Assembly (NCBI RefSeq): GCF_000181795.1
Contig: NW_003526940.1
Span: 965,527-1,029,526 of the forward strand
DNA from: Trichinella spiralis
Taxonomy: Eukaryota
DNA length: 64,000 bases
Direction of reading: 5' to 3'
Shown: positions 43,399 through 56,069 of the stretch, piece after piece
Layout: every line of letters begins with the position of its first letter
How positions within the stretch are numbered: the first letter of the stretch is position 1
Made by a program: the position numbers and the translations under genes
The notes under the pieces: generated by a model
Databases searched by the model: none
What the model saw: the letters and a program-made list of their open reading frames with translations, nothing else
What the model was told of the DNA's origin: nothing

Positions 43399-45865
43399 TT
43401 CACTGGAATTGTATTTATCAAGGTAGGGAGTTCATCATGCAGTTTTATACTTTTCGTTAGTCTAAGGTAGAGTATGAATGAATTTGTTTTTTTTAGGAAT
43501 TGTTCTAGCAAATTGTAAAATAAGACCTTTGGTTAAGATGATAGGCGCAGTCATGGACAAACATTGCAGAGGTGGTTTTTGCTATAAGTTACGAGAAGGC
43601 CATCATCAGTAGCAGCATCATATTATCTATATTTAATTTAGTTTCAACATTTGCATTTTCATATTTAAATTCATCGGTTATATAGATATAGAATGATATT
43701 AAATATTATACTACTTTTTGAAGTGTCCAGCGCGATCAGTAGTCCGAAGGGCAGATATGATGAGCATCTGAAATATTTTTTTTGCGTAGGCAGTTTGTTC
43801 ATCTTTTTGGATTGGTTTTTTGGATGGTTTAAGTGAACAGTGAAAATTGCTGCGTGGTATCTAGCTTTGATTTAAGAATTCAAATCGCTCAATTTTACGT
43901 CACTCGCTATTGCTAAGGAAGCTAATGAAAGAAGTAATTATGCTATCAATCAATTTTTTGGTAAATGTGGACTTTTCTGAACTTGTCAGTTATGTTGAGC
44001 AGAAGAAAACAATGGAGCGTGTTTACTTCTTTTCGAGCTGAATTGTGTACGACGACCGACATGAGGAGCTTTATAGATTTGCCTACATTTTTGCAGTTAC
44101 AGGAAGGAATAGTCATTGAATAGTATCATCTTGTAGTATGGTTTCAAACTATAAAACTGAAGAGACTACTGCAGTAAATATTTTGGCTTCCTGTTTTTTT
44201 CACATGCTAGCGAATTTAGATGAAGAAGCAATAGTTTATTTTGGCAGTTCTAAGCTATGCAATTCATCTACATACTAAATGCGTTCAAAATAAAGTTGCT
44301 TAAAAATGGTTACGAATTCAACTGACAGAATAGAATTTGATTTGTTTTCTAATTGTTTTTCGATACTGAATGGGTATTCGTTATTAAATTGATTTTCGCT
44401 TCTACGATTTGTCGAACTACTGAAGAAAATTCATGAAAATCACTGTTTTTCAATGTTGAGTAAAATACGCGTCATCAGTGTTTTTGAGTAAGAAAGAGTT
44501 AATAATAAATGTTGTCCAGTCAAAAGCAATGAGAGGTTGATATTGAGATGTGAATATTTTAGAATAAATGTTTCTTGCAATGTTACGAAACCTTTGTTTT
44601 TTTTATAGAATGCACGTGATGGCCACTTCCAGTCTGAAAGTAAGTTTGGCTGGAAATGTGTAAAGTCATGGAGAATAAGTTAGACTTTTCTCCAGTATTT
44701 GCATTGTCACTGATAAAGCGTATGATGCTTGTTATTTCTATTCACATTTCAGATGAACAGGTAAATTTTTTGATATTTTGATTTTTTTTATTATTGTAAT
44801 ATGCTGTTATGTTGAGCTGAATTTTTTATTTTTATCTAATACGCCAAAGGGCGTGATTTTTCTTTTAAATGCTCGCTACATGTTCGGTGCGAGGGATGCA
44901 TGTTTTGTTATACGTTCTAAGTTTGATGTTATGCAAATGCTTGAACATTTTGTATTTCAACTGCACATTTGTTGAAGTATTTTTGTAATGATTATTTTAT
45001 TTTGGTTATTCACATTTGTAAAATTCAGTTGTGTGGTGCTTTGATGTATTGATGAAAATAAATATTTGTTTCACATGCAGCTTGTGTGTTTTTGCATGCC
45101 TTAACAGCACTGTTGTTTAGAAAGTGTTGCAATTTAGAAGTTATTGTAAATTTATTACTGAAAAGATTGGGTGATGTTTATCAGATGAGAATTATCTGTT
45201 GATTGATTCCAATGAATGTTTTGCGCATTTTCATTTGGTAGCCTGTTCATTGTAAAACGAAGTAAAGTTGAAACAGTTTTTGGTATTCCTACAAGCATTA
45301 ATTGAAAAAATCAAAAATCATTCACAAATGAGTGATAAAATAAAGTATACTTGAAAAAAAAACGATCGAATTTTTGTGTCAGCGGCGTTAATATTTTATG
45401 GTTGTAAGCAGCTAACTTATAAACTCCAATAAGCTGGATGGATATTGCCGGGGAAGCAGCTGGGGATAATAAAGCGAGCACATTTTCACGCAAACGGAAT
45501 ATTTTCCCCAAAGGAAACAAATATCTTTTATTGTTGAATTGGAAAATGATAATGGTCAACCAGTAAACAGTATTGAACGGAAATTGTTTCTTGAAAAGCT
45601 ACGATCGTTTGACTATAATTGTTTGGGAAATGAAAAAGCATTTAAATCTTTAATAAGCCTAGCGTTGTGATTGTTGAAGAAAAGAGTGATTGCTGATGCG
45701 CACACCATTAGGCGTTTATTGATTTCTTCGATGTTGAATAGATGGACGATGTGCGTAGTGGTTTAAACAAATGTAGGTGACTGACTGATTGATTGATCTG
45801 AACAATAAATTGAATTGTTATGGAAGAATGAGAGAAGTTGTGATGAATAAATATTGTCAGCCTGA

Positions 45866-46708
45866 CTAGTAATTCGTAACAGAGGTAACATCACGTCGCT
45901 TTTGAAATCCACCACTGCCTTGTTGTGATTGCAAGCTGGGCGACAAAGCCCACGGAACCACTTTCTTACTGTCGGTAATCATTTCGTCGGTCAGTGGACA
46001 CTGGTCAATAACATGCGTGATCACTTGCCTGTGTGGACCGAGACCGCTGACGCCGGCTCCTGTGCCGGTTGGACTGACAAGGCCGGATCGATCGGACCAT
46101 CTGGGAAGCAAGGATTCGGTTTGTCGGTCGTGGTGCATTTCAGTCTTGTCGTCCGTCGCCAATACTTGCTTACGAAAGCGGTCCATGATCGACGTTCCTG
46201 CGTGTGAATTTGGATTCGGCGCCGCAGATTTGGTCAAAAACGTATTCGACATCGGGTCCATCTTTTGACCAGTGGCCGAATCGATGCGCATCACATGCTG
46301 ACGTGGACTACCGATCGGGGCCGACAAGTGGAGCTGACTGGCCACAGATCCGATCGACTGTTTGGGAATAATCGTTTCGGTGATTTTCGCCTTGTCGTGG
46401 CTGAACTGTCTGCTGCTGATCGACTTGGAAACGTTCTCTCGGTGGGCACCGAACGACCGCATACCTTTCTGGCTGGCTCCGACGTTTGTCGAAGCGAACA
46501 AAGACAAAAATGGATCGTTGTTGTGCGATGACGACGGTGCTTGTTTTTCAGCAGCTGCGGTCGGCTTGAGCACCGCATTTCTGCAACTGCCAAAAGCCGA
46601 CATACCGCACTGGTTCTGCAAGCATGGTCTGCTTTCCCACGGGATGCTGCATGGAATGACCACCGGTATGCGACGTTTTTGCGGTGGCGAGCGTTCGTCG
46701 TTTTCCAT
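45866..46708 (-). CDS. Hypothetical low-complexity protein (280 aa) with Polyhomeotic HD1-like motif
   Basis: GC-richer single ORF, Ser/Pro/Thr-rich, NLS-like PPQKRR at the N-terminus, motif RQVITHVID near the C-terminus. Confidence 0.65.
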   Translation of the reverse strand: MENDERSPPQKRRIPVVIPCSIPWESRPCLQNQCGMSAFGSCRNAVLKPTAAAEKQAPSSSHNNDPFLSLFASTNVGASQKGMRSFGAHRENVSKSISSRQFSHDKAKITETIIPKQSIGSVASQLHLSAPIGSPRQHVMRIDSATGQKMDPMSNTFLTKSAAPNPNSHAGTSIMDRFRKQVLATDDKTEMHHDRQTESLLPRWSDRSGLVSPTGTGAGVSGLGPHRQVITHVIDQCPLTDEMITDSKKVVPWALSPSLQSQQGSGGFQKRRDVTSVTNY

Positions 46709-47551
46709 CGCGCCCCTATTCTCTTATATGCAGAGCTGTTCGAAGAAATCGAGCAGTGTGCGTTTGCAGCTCTTCGGAAAATATCTTGCACAGCATTCGT
46801 TTTCTCTCCTCCTCCTCCACCTCCTCCTCCTGCTCTAAATTTTCAAATTTCATCTTTCTTTCAACACTTAGCAGTGTGCAAAGCAGCTGCCGGAAGCTGG
46901 CTCAGCGGCGTTAACGATTCGCTTCAATTAGCAACAAGCGCGGCTCAGCTGCGTCAAGCAACAAGCTTATTTTTCGACAGATGAACGCAAGCAGCTAACG
47001 TTGAGCAATAATAATTATTTTCTGCTTTTTTTCATTATTATTTTTCCAACTCCCACAGCTCTTCACCATACTGCTGCATTCATCTTTGAAAACTGACGTA
47101 AAACATTTAAATCAATCAATTCCCAACGAGTAAAAATAATACATAACGTTTGTATATATAGATATATTTATTTATTTATTTATTCGCTGTTCATCAGTGA
47201 TAAAATGCGCAAACTATTCTATCGAAAAGTTACACTATTCTCACAGCTGCCTACTCCTACGTAATATAAGCACTCACTCGAGCACCACATTTATCCGCAC
47301 CACGTAACAGATTTTATAAAGTGGAATTAGCTATTGCAGCTGATATTTTATTATAATATTCAGCTGAAATCTGGGACGAACCTGAAAAAAATTATTTTTC
47401 TTACAATTTGGAAAAATCATTACAGTACATTAAAGAAAGGCAAGTAAACTTTCACAAATTAATTGAAATAAAAACAAACATCCGAATTTGAGTTCTTTCT
47501 CCACTTTATTATCGGTACAAAATGAAAATAACAATTTACTGATTGACTGAG

Positions 47552-48432
47552 AAATGCTTTCCTTCACAACAGTTTATTGACTCCAGAGCTGTTTTTCATT
47601 AAAAAAATTAAATATCTTGCCAACTAAAGATAAGTCATCATCATATGCTTCAAAGTGGATTCGAGCAAATAATTCATCATTCGCAGTGCTATTTATAATC
47701 AGTAATGTTTCATGACATTTTAAAATATCCTACTATGTATATAGTTAATTTTCATGTTGCGCTGGTAATTCACCAAAAATAACGTCTCTCTAATTTTTTC
47801 CCATTTTAAAAATAACTTACTTAAATAAAAAAAATTAATTACTTGACTTGAAATTCAGCCGTCTAAATTAATGATAACGGCTTGCAGAGCAGTCTATCAG
47901 ATGTTCGGTGTTTATCAAAAGATCTTTTTGCCAAACAACAAACAATCAATGAAATGCGTAAAAACTATGCGCAAAACTATACGCGCCTGTGTTTATTCAG
48001 ATCAACTTAAACATACTATTTCGATTAAAAAACACATTAGAGATAGTGGTGCAATTTGAAGCAGCGGTTAATCTGCAGTGAGGTTGCTTTGAAACAACAA
48101 TCTGACAGATGACCTGAAACAAAAAGCAGCTTCAGGTACATTAACGCTTCAAGGTACTGCTCGAACGTACGCATACTGCTGTTGTATCCTCCCGTGTATA
48201 TCCTGACCTGTCGTTGCTTCGCAGCATAAGTTCGGTTTATCAATCGTAAGCAACAAGCGGCAGGATCTCTTGATAACAGCTGATTGATGAGCGTTTCCAC
48301 TGCACCCCGCTCTTCTTCAGTAGTTGGAGCAGCTTGTAAAATTCCAGCTTTGATAAGCTCATTATGCAAACCTTCCAAGAGGATTTTGGTCTGAATATAT
48401 AAATTATGTGCATTCCAGCGGCAGTGTATCAT
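47552..48432 (-). CDS. Possible hypothetical gene or gene relic (ORF 48432-48037 plus exon-like segment ~47729-47574)
   Basis: A 131-aa ORF with protein-like composition and a downstream acceptor-flanked open segment (DILKCHETLLIINSTANDELFARIHFEAY...). I could not build a convincing spliced model or assign a family. Confidence 0.3.
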
Positions 48433-49089
48433 CGGTCAATATTAGTTGAGACCGTTATATGTATCACATAAGAAAGCAAAACAACTTTTACTTAAATATA
48501 ACTATTACTTGTTTAACTGCAACAAATTTTCTTGCGATTTCATTTTTGTGTATAATTATATTCATACAACTGCTGATCAGATCTAAGAAATTCGCTATAC
48601 TTTAAGCTAAAACTAACTCGGTTCACTGCGCGTGTACTATTTAGCATTTTAAAAACCTTATTCAAAAGTTTGCTTTTCATTAATTTGTTTCTTAATTTGA
48701 TGAAGTTAAATATAATTTTAAATTAAAGTATAAACTGAATTTAGAAGTTACGGATGCTATTAGTAAGAAAGATCACGTGGATTCACCATTTCACTGAATT
48801 TCATTAAATAATTAATTGTAATTAATTTCACCACATAAATATCATAAAACAGTAATTTTTTAATATATATATATATAGAAGATAAACAGTAAAGCTTTGA
48901 ATATCAGAAAACTGACCATTAAAAAGAAATCAAAATTTGACAAATAGCACGCATTACAATGACAACCAGTAATAATTTAGGTTTGCGACAACGAATAACA
49001 CTCATCGCAACAACAACTAATGAAGTTTAGTCGGCTTGAAAACCAATAAAATTTAAGGTTAATCAAATGTCGAGCGGCGTGCCCTTGAA

Positions 49090-49470
49090 GTCACACACCT
49101 GCTGCACACAAATGATGATTGCATATTGATCTTGCAGATCTTTTCTAACATTCTTGACAACGTACGCTTGTCTCGTTGTCACGTGAAATACACAGTTGAC
49201 ATGCTTTTACCACTTCTATTCGTATCAGTACCGGCGCTTGTAAGATGGCCGCTTAGATTCCTTTCACAACCTTTCAATGCCGTTTTAACTGCTGTTATTC
49301 TGCGCATTATGTTCTGTTGGCACGGGTGCATGCCAATTTTCTCAAGGAATAGTCGTCGTTTATGAAGCCCACCTGCAATACATGGTGGATGTGTTTCTGT
49401 CCAAAGAACGTAAGCGTTACATGCCGATACGTCTATCATGTTATGAAATAAGACCAACGGCCAACAGTTT
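49090..49470 (-). mobile_element. Degenerate piggyBac transposase 3' fragment
   Basis: WPLVLFHNMIDVSACNAYVLW...KRRLFLEKI is typical of the piggyBac/PGBD C-terminal region. A frameshifted Cys-rich domain follows, KACQLCISRDNETSVRCQEC*...ICNHH, with a stop. No terminal repeat identified. Confidence 0.8.
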
Positions 49471-51370
49471 TGTACCCTCAATAAAACCGCCCCCTGAGGC
49501 GTTCAAGGGTTTTCTCTACCCCAAGATGACCAGCCTCGGGTGATTCATGCATTCATTGCAGGACATCCAGTATCCACTGACTCCGTACCACTAACAGCAA
49601 GCGCGTCGTCGTCACCAATCCTGTTCTTTCGTTGGCCCTTCCACTTGCGCTTCAGGTTGCGGTACTGAAGGTGTAATTGTCCCTTCTGGCACCAAAGCGT
49701 GCGCAGGGTCCGACTGGCCGATGTTGGTCGCTTTGCCGGCCAGCTTCCCTTTTCTATCCAGCGGATCAATTCTCTTAAGTCGTGGTCACTGCACTGTGCA
49801 AGCCCTACTTCTTGCGCACTCCAGTTGGCGGCATGGTATCCGGCTTAGAGTGCCCGCGTTCTCGTGTTTGCGGCCCTTGACTTCCACTTCGGTTTCAGCT
49901 GGCATCGTGATATTTTCTTCTACGGTAGGAACCAGCGAGGTATCGCGCGTCCCAGGGGGTTGAAATCACGGCGGTCAATATCGTCTTTACAGGGTATTTA
50001 TTGGACGATATTTGGAGCTAACGATCCGCCTAGTCAGTCACGGCTCCTTCCAGCATGGATTCGGATTCAGCGGCATCCAGCATCCGGTTGAATCGTACCA
50101 CAGCTTTTCCACAAGTCAAGGTGCCCAGGGCGAAGTTGAAGACGCATCCATGCCTGCAGATGAAGTCAACGTCCAGCAAACATCGCTGGAACACATTTGA
50201 GACCACCTGAACAAGGTGTCGTAACTCAGCGGTGCCTAGACGGAACCGAGCTTCATAGACACCCAATACATTTATGGTAGTCCCGTTTGCTGCCAGTAAA
50301 AAACGCGACGCGAGGAAGGCTTGTCGATCGAATCATAGGCGTCCAGACGTAAGAACGTAACGGCTGAGCAGGAGTCGATTTGCATCAGTTCTGGCTTGTT
50401 TTCGACTGTGCCTGTCATCACCAAGAGTCACACTGCTGGCATTAGCGGTCTGAATATATATATATCAGGCCGTTATCATAAACCGCTGGTCGGGGCCCAT
50501 CTCGGCAGCGGCTAGTAGTTTAAAGACGGGTCTTCTGTCATTTCAGCGCTTGCATGCGCCGGATCAGCTGCTTCAATCAGATCGGCCCGCTGCGCCTCTG
50601 TCCGGCCATGCGCAGGATAGTTCGCTCGGCCCACGGTGCCAGTTTTCCGGGAATAAGGGCAGTCTCAACACCAATGTGCTAGTTGTCCGCAGTTCCAGCA
50701 GCAAGCCTCAGTCCAGCGACTGCTGCCGCGCTCCCTCAGCTGCGTAGCCGACTGACGGTTGGCCGGCCTTCGATTTGGTGTGCTTACGCCGGCAGCACCC
50801 ACATTGTCCAGGGGACGTCGCGGGTGGATGCCTATCCAGATGCATTAAGCACACGTTGCTTCTGTCTGCTCGGCTTCTTGAGCTTCGACGTAGGCGATTT
50901 CGAAATTCGCCAGCCCACGTCTCACCAGCTGTTCGAATACTGCCTCCTGCCTTATATCAGTAATAAACTGGTTACAGATGACTGCATCATCCTAGATGGC
51001 AACGAGCCTCGGTAGATTCCTCAGGGGATTCCCCAAGTTAGATCACCGTTTCGCCTGGTCGTTGCTTCCGCTGTTGAAATGTCAGGTAGTTTGCTTCAGG
51101 GCACTCTGCCAATGTAGGTAGTCAACTAGCGCCTGGTAACAACAGTGACGCCCAAAACCGGCAGCAATAACCATACCGTAGCCTTCGTCAGAAAACAATA
51201 ACTTCGTAAAACCGTACCGTTTCTCTTCGGGGATCGTATTCTCTTGGAAATAATCAACCAGCCGCATCAACCATATTTTCAGGTCTCCATTTCCAGGAAA
51301 AGGCGGCGGTGTCCTGCAGAATGACGTGGAGTGGTCGTCAACGGGCGTAACGGCAGTACTTTGTCGCATA

Positions 51371-51385
51371 CCATCCTCGTCGCCA
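51371..51385 (-). other. Retrotransposon primer binding site complementary to the tRNA-Ser(GCU) 3' end
   Basis: TGGCGACGAGGATGG begins 2 nt after the LTR-terminal CA on the minus strand. Its reverse complement, CCATCCTCGTCGCCA, is the 3' end of eukaryotic tRNA-Ser(GCU) including CCA. Confidence 0.75.
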
Positions 51386-51599
51386 TTTGTAACACCCGGT
51401 GTTACGGTTACCTTTGGTCGGTCACCTATGCAAGGCATATCACTGATTTTTAACAAACAAAAGATACAAGCACTGACAATACACACACGCCCGAGCGTGT
51501 AACTACAAAGCTATCACACAACGCGCCGCAATCACGCTATCTATATATATATGTTACGCTTAAAATTGCCTATTATTGATAATAGACAGCAGCCCTTGC

Positions 51600-52075
51600 C
51601 TATTATTGCCTAATGTTTTTCTTCTTCACCATGACCAATCTTTTGATGAGCAGCATTGATAACATCGAACATTTCTTCAATAGAGGCGATGCATCTTATT
51701 GCATCATTCTTGCCCAAGCGGATTAGTTTATTTTCCTCGAATTGGACTGGAGTCCTACGTCCTGCCAAAATCACTAGTTGATGCAACGAAAACAGAAGAA
51801 GAAATTGAAGAATTTTTGACATCTCAAGAAGCCAATGATGAAGAAAGTTTGAACAGAGATGGAAAAAACTATGAGAAAAATGAAAGCAATATTATGAAAC
51901 ATTTTCCCGAGACTTCTATAAAAGCACGAAAAGAGGCAGCTGCAGGGCACACTAGAGCAGCAGCAAAAATGACACGATGATCTAAGAAAATGTTAATACC
52001 GCTCCAAATAGGTCAAAATTGTACACCCAGAGTGCCAGACATGGATCGTGGACCTGCGGATCCCAAAAACTTCTG
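51600..52075. mobile_element. Ginger/KRBA2-SCAND3-like integrase transposon fragments in opposite orientations
   Basis: Minus strand: NKLIRLGKNDAIRCIASIEEMFDVINAAHQKIGHG (HHCC-region start). Plus strand: PRIGLESYVLPKSL...ARKEAAAGHTRAAAKMTR*SKKMLIPLQIGQNCTPRVPDMDRGPADPKNF (post-integrase region of the same family, with a stop). Confidence 0.65.
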
Positions 52076-52918
52076 GATGGAATGGATAGAGTAGATAGAA
52101 TGCTTCAATATGGAAAGAGAACAACAATCAACACGCTGAACCACACCACGATCGACTAACCAATGTACCGCTACCAATTTCAGCAATCGCTTTCGATTCT
52201 TTACCATAACCCCATTTTGGCAATCAGGTGCAAACATGCTTTATACTGTAATATAAGTGCAACGGTGGTGCCGTGAGATGATCATGTCCTCAGTTTCGCC
52301 TTTTCTTTAGCCGGATCTAAAACAAAGTGAGTGTCACCATCTGGCGAGGAGTGTTACAGGTTCTTAGACGAGTTAAACTTTAAAGAAATTTTAGACTGTT
52401 AGCCGTTTTTTCTAATTTAGAGATCAGTCGGCTGCTATGGCACAGTATCCACAAATTTAGAAGTGAACATATAGATTTATAACCATATCTTTGTATTTAT
52501 GCGCTACTATTGTTTTGCAAATTGTACACATTGTAAAACAGTTAGTTTATTTTAGTGAAATAAAACGTTACATATTATATATTTGACTGAAATTCTGAAG
52601 CGCATTCAACGAATAGCAGAAAAGTTTGTTTGAAAAATATTGTTTGGTAATCAGCGTAAATTTGAAGAAATAAAATTAGAAAAGCAATCAATTTATCACT
52701 AGAAATAATTATCTGGAATCAGTAAAGTATGAAACTGTAAAGCAGTTTAAAAGAATTATTTCTAAAGACCAATGTGTTTTCACTTTTACAAGAAACTAAT
52801 CAAAAATGAATATTCATAACGTTCGCACATTTTCCTTCGCTATAGGAAAAGAAAATCAAACACTAAAACAAATAAATTTTCCCTTCACTATAGTATTGTT
52901 TACTTACAATAAAATGAA

Positions 52919-54087
52919 TTAATAATCATAATCAAAATGAAAATAATCTTCATCGAATTCGTTAATACGAATGTTACCATCTTCACCTCCAGTAACAAAT
53001 GATTGGCCATTTGGATGAAATGTCAAACTGTTAATCGGACCAAAATGACCTTTGACCCTTGCAAATTCTTCCTCAAAAATCATATGATAAAGCTTCGCTT
53101 CAAAATGACCATGTCTAGTGTCCGTTGTTGTGACATTCATCGCTTCTAAACCTCCTCCAAGCATGACGTGATCGCGGATAGGAGAAATTGCAGCCGAATT
53201 GACAGGACGCTCAGCTTTATAAGTTTTTAAACATTCCAATGTTTTAACATCAAACAATCTTGCAGTATTGTCTTTTGAAGCAGAAATAACTAGGATCTGC
53301 TCGTTTGAAGTTTTCAAATCCATCACTTCACGTTTGTGTTCCTTCACTGTGTATGCAGTTAAATCAGGCTTCCTCAAGTCGTATTTTACCAATTCGCCAT
53401 GATCGGTACCTGAAATATAAAAAATAATGTCGTTTCGGTTAAAACGGCGAAATTATGGCTTCTGCGTCACAAGCACACGCACAAATTCAATAGTAATAAC
53501 AGCAACACACAATAATGCATTACATTTAATTTGAAAATCAAAACATACCTAATAATACAGTATCATCTAAATGCGCCCAAAGTCCGCTTGTCGCTTTCTT
53601 TCCGTTCAATCTATAAACGATTCCTGGTTTTTTACCTTCCATTTGATTTTCGTCACGTCCATCAAATATACTAAGAGCAGCATCTTCGTTCGTGCCGGGA
53701 TCATTGGTGTAAAAAAACAAAGAGCCACTGAATGAAAAACCCACAGTGCGAACTGTAGTAGGCGAAACAAAACGTTGAACAACATCGCCTGTCTCCACAT
53801 CCCATAACAAACACTGATTATCTCCTCCTCCAGTTACCATAAACCGCGTGTTCCATGTTAAATCAACGCACCAAACCACGCCATTATGTCCCTAATATTT
53901 CAGAATTAAATTTATAATATTTTAATAGCTTCTAATGTACCTCATAAACACCAAGCATTTCGCCATTGTCAGCGTACCATACAATTGGCAATGAATCTTT
54001 CGAACAAGAGAACAACAAATCGCCTTCTCTATTGAACTTTACTTTAGTAATGGGGCGTTCATGACGTTTCAGAACAAGAGGCTTCAT
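52919..54087 (-). CDS. eIF3i: Eukaryotic translation initiation factor 3 subunit I (WD40), 3 exons, ~326 aa
   Basis: Exons 54087-53941, 53891-53549, 53409-52919. [64 protein letters not shown]. Confidence 0.96.
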
Positions 54088-55149
54088 TTTTTTCTTAAAA
54101 TGATATAAAATCAAACTATTTTTAAATACAAAAATTTGCAGTTATCATTAATTATTCTCTTTCGCATATACTTAATGCCTAATAAAGTTAAATCACCAGT
54201 ATTAAAAATATAGCTTAAATTTATAAAATCGTTATTACCTATTTTATTATTATTTATTATTACATTTACCTGCTGATTTCATAAAATAATAAAAACAAAC
54301 AACGAAAACATCATTTTTCTACAAAATTACCTGTAAAATAATATGATTTTCATGTTACATCATTCTATTTTTTCAAAGGTACAAAGCAATTAATAAAAGG
54401 ATGAATTAAGCAAGTAATTTCGGTAAGTATAGTTCTATGCGCATGGAATTAAATATTCATAAATATATATTTATTATTTAATTTATGTCTGATTCTGAGA
54501 AAATCTTATCATGAAAAAACGCCTCTTTGTAAATATAAAAAACATTGAATTTGCAGACAGTTTACAAACAAAAATATTTGTTTAATATTAAAGTTAAATA
54601 AATTAATTTCATTAATCAATAAATGGATAAATAAATTAATCAATAAATAAAATTAAATGGAGCTCTTATTAGTAAACTTGCACAATTTTGAATCATTCTT
54701 GTAAAATTTTTCAAAGTATGAATATTGTTTTATGCGTTATAAACAAACCGATCTTTATTATCATGCCAAAACCGTTTGTGGAGCGAAATGAATTGCATTG
54801 CAAAACTGACTGAACTTCTTGTATATTATACAGAACTACAGTGTTCTTACAAAAACGGAATAACAGTTTCGGATAATTAAATATTAAAATTATTTCTTTT
54901 ATTAGTTCTTTTTGTAAACCGAATTTTTCATAGAATCAAAACATTTGACACTTTATAGCCACTTTTATACAGTATACATTGAACAAAAATAATATAGCTT
55001 CAACTACGGTACATGGCCCTCTTGATGCTTGTTTTTATGGTTTATATATCTCACCGTTTATTAGTTAATTATAATAGCTGCACAATTTTAAAAAAATCAA
55101 CAAAGTTTACTTGAATTTGGCGGTATTTTTAAGTGTTGAAGTTCATTTT

Positions 55150-56069
55150 ATGCTGGGAAAATTTATATTTTTTTACTGCTTGATTTGTTTACTTCAATTC
55201 TGCGACAATGTTGCTCAGATTCCATGTGATCAACTTTTACCCGGCCAGTATTTGTGCAATGAAATTGTACTAAATCCAGAGACCGACTTGCCACTTCATT
55301 GTGATGGAAATGATAAGGCTATTCGTGAGTTCTGCAATTTTTAACTTTTGATAAAGTTGTTCTGATTGATGAACAGAGAGCTTTATAATTAGTTTTTATA
55401 AGTTAATGAACGATTTTCGAATTTGTTTTAGATCTTTGTTCTTTTGTTGATTTTCCGAATGCTAATTTTCTTGTATTTTGCAGGTTTTTGTACACCAATT
55501 CGTGGATTAAACTGTCAAGGACTAATGAATGGTTCTTTTATAAAAAGTACTGACATCTCCTGTGAGTAAGTGTGCAGTTTATTTTACAATAACAATGGCG
55601 GTAATTACAACGATTTTTAAAATTTTGTAATTTTTTTTGGAAAATTATTTCCTTTTTTTTTTACATTAGCTGCTTAAATTTCTAGAGCTACACGTTCCTT
55701 TCGTACGGCATTACTTTTGTCCGTTTTTTTTGGTTGGCTTGGTTTTGATCGCCTCTATCTTGGCTACTACAGCATTGGTACTGAGTAGTTGTGAATGTTT
55801 TGCATTTGAGTTCAATTTATTTTTGTTCAAGGGTTATTTAAGATGTGTACTTTCGGCTTTTTCTTTTTATTTCATCTGATTGATATTATACTTATAGCGC
55901 TACAGGTAACATGCATTTAATTAACCTAAAATTTTGAATATGATGATGAAATTTTTTATTGCAGATTGTAAAACCCGCTGGAGGTGGATCATATCAGATG
56001 GATGCTTATGGGCCGAAAGTGTTGGGAATACATTTTACCAACATGACTAACATTCGACCTGAAAATTGA
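55150..56069 (+). CDS. TM2D1: TM2 domain-containing protein 1-like, 5 exons, ~175 aa
   Basis: Exons 55150-55324, 55484-55565, 55686-55777, 55832-55905, 55965-56069. Signal peptide, CDQLLPGQYLC, SFRTALLLSVFFGWLGFDRLYLGY, GLFKMCTFG...LIDIILIALQIVKPAGGGSY. Confidence 0.88.

Larger units (their letters stand above)
49545..52358 (-). mobile_element. Degenerate Ty3/Gypsy LTR retrotransposon (5' LTR, PBS, gag, protease, pol remnant)
   Basis: Gag N-terminus PPPFPGNGDLKIWLMRLVDYF. CCHC knuckle CWNCGQLAHWC*DC (50700-50659). Protease relic QIDSCSAVT (about 50376) and CLLDVDF. RNase H end GRKHENAGTLSR (49875-49840). RT core absent. LTR end ...GTTACA at 51388, followed by the PBS. The outer boundary 52358 is inferred from the matching TGTAACAC terminus. 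Confidence 0.8.

Noticed and set aside
43690..43775. Box C/D snoRNA or hammerhead-like sequence (ATGATGA...CTGA; GATGAGCATCTGAAA) in the hnRNP 3' region
   Set aside because: No proper 5' C box at a suitable distance, no rRNA guide I could identify, and the hammerhead core CUGAUGA and its stems are not present.
45929..46984. Several overlapping ORFs on both strands
   Set aside because: Expected in a GC-richer segment; only the 280-aa minus ORF looks protein-like.
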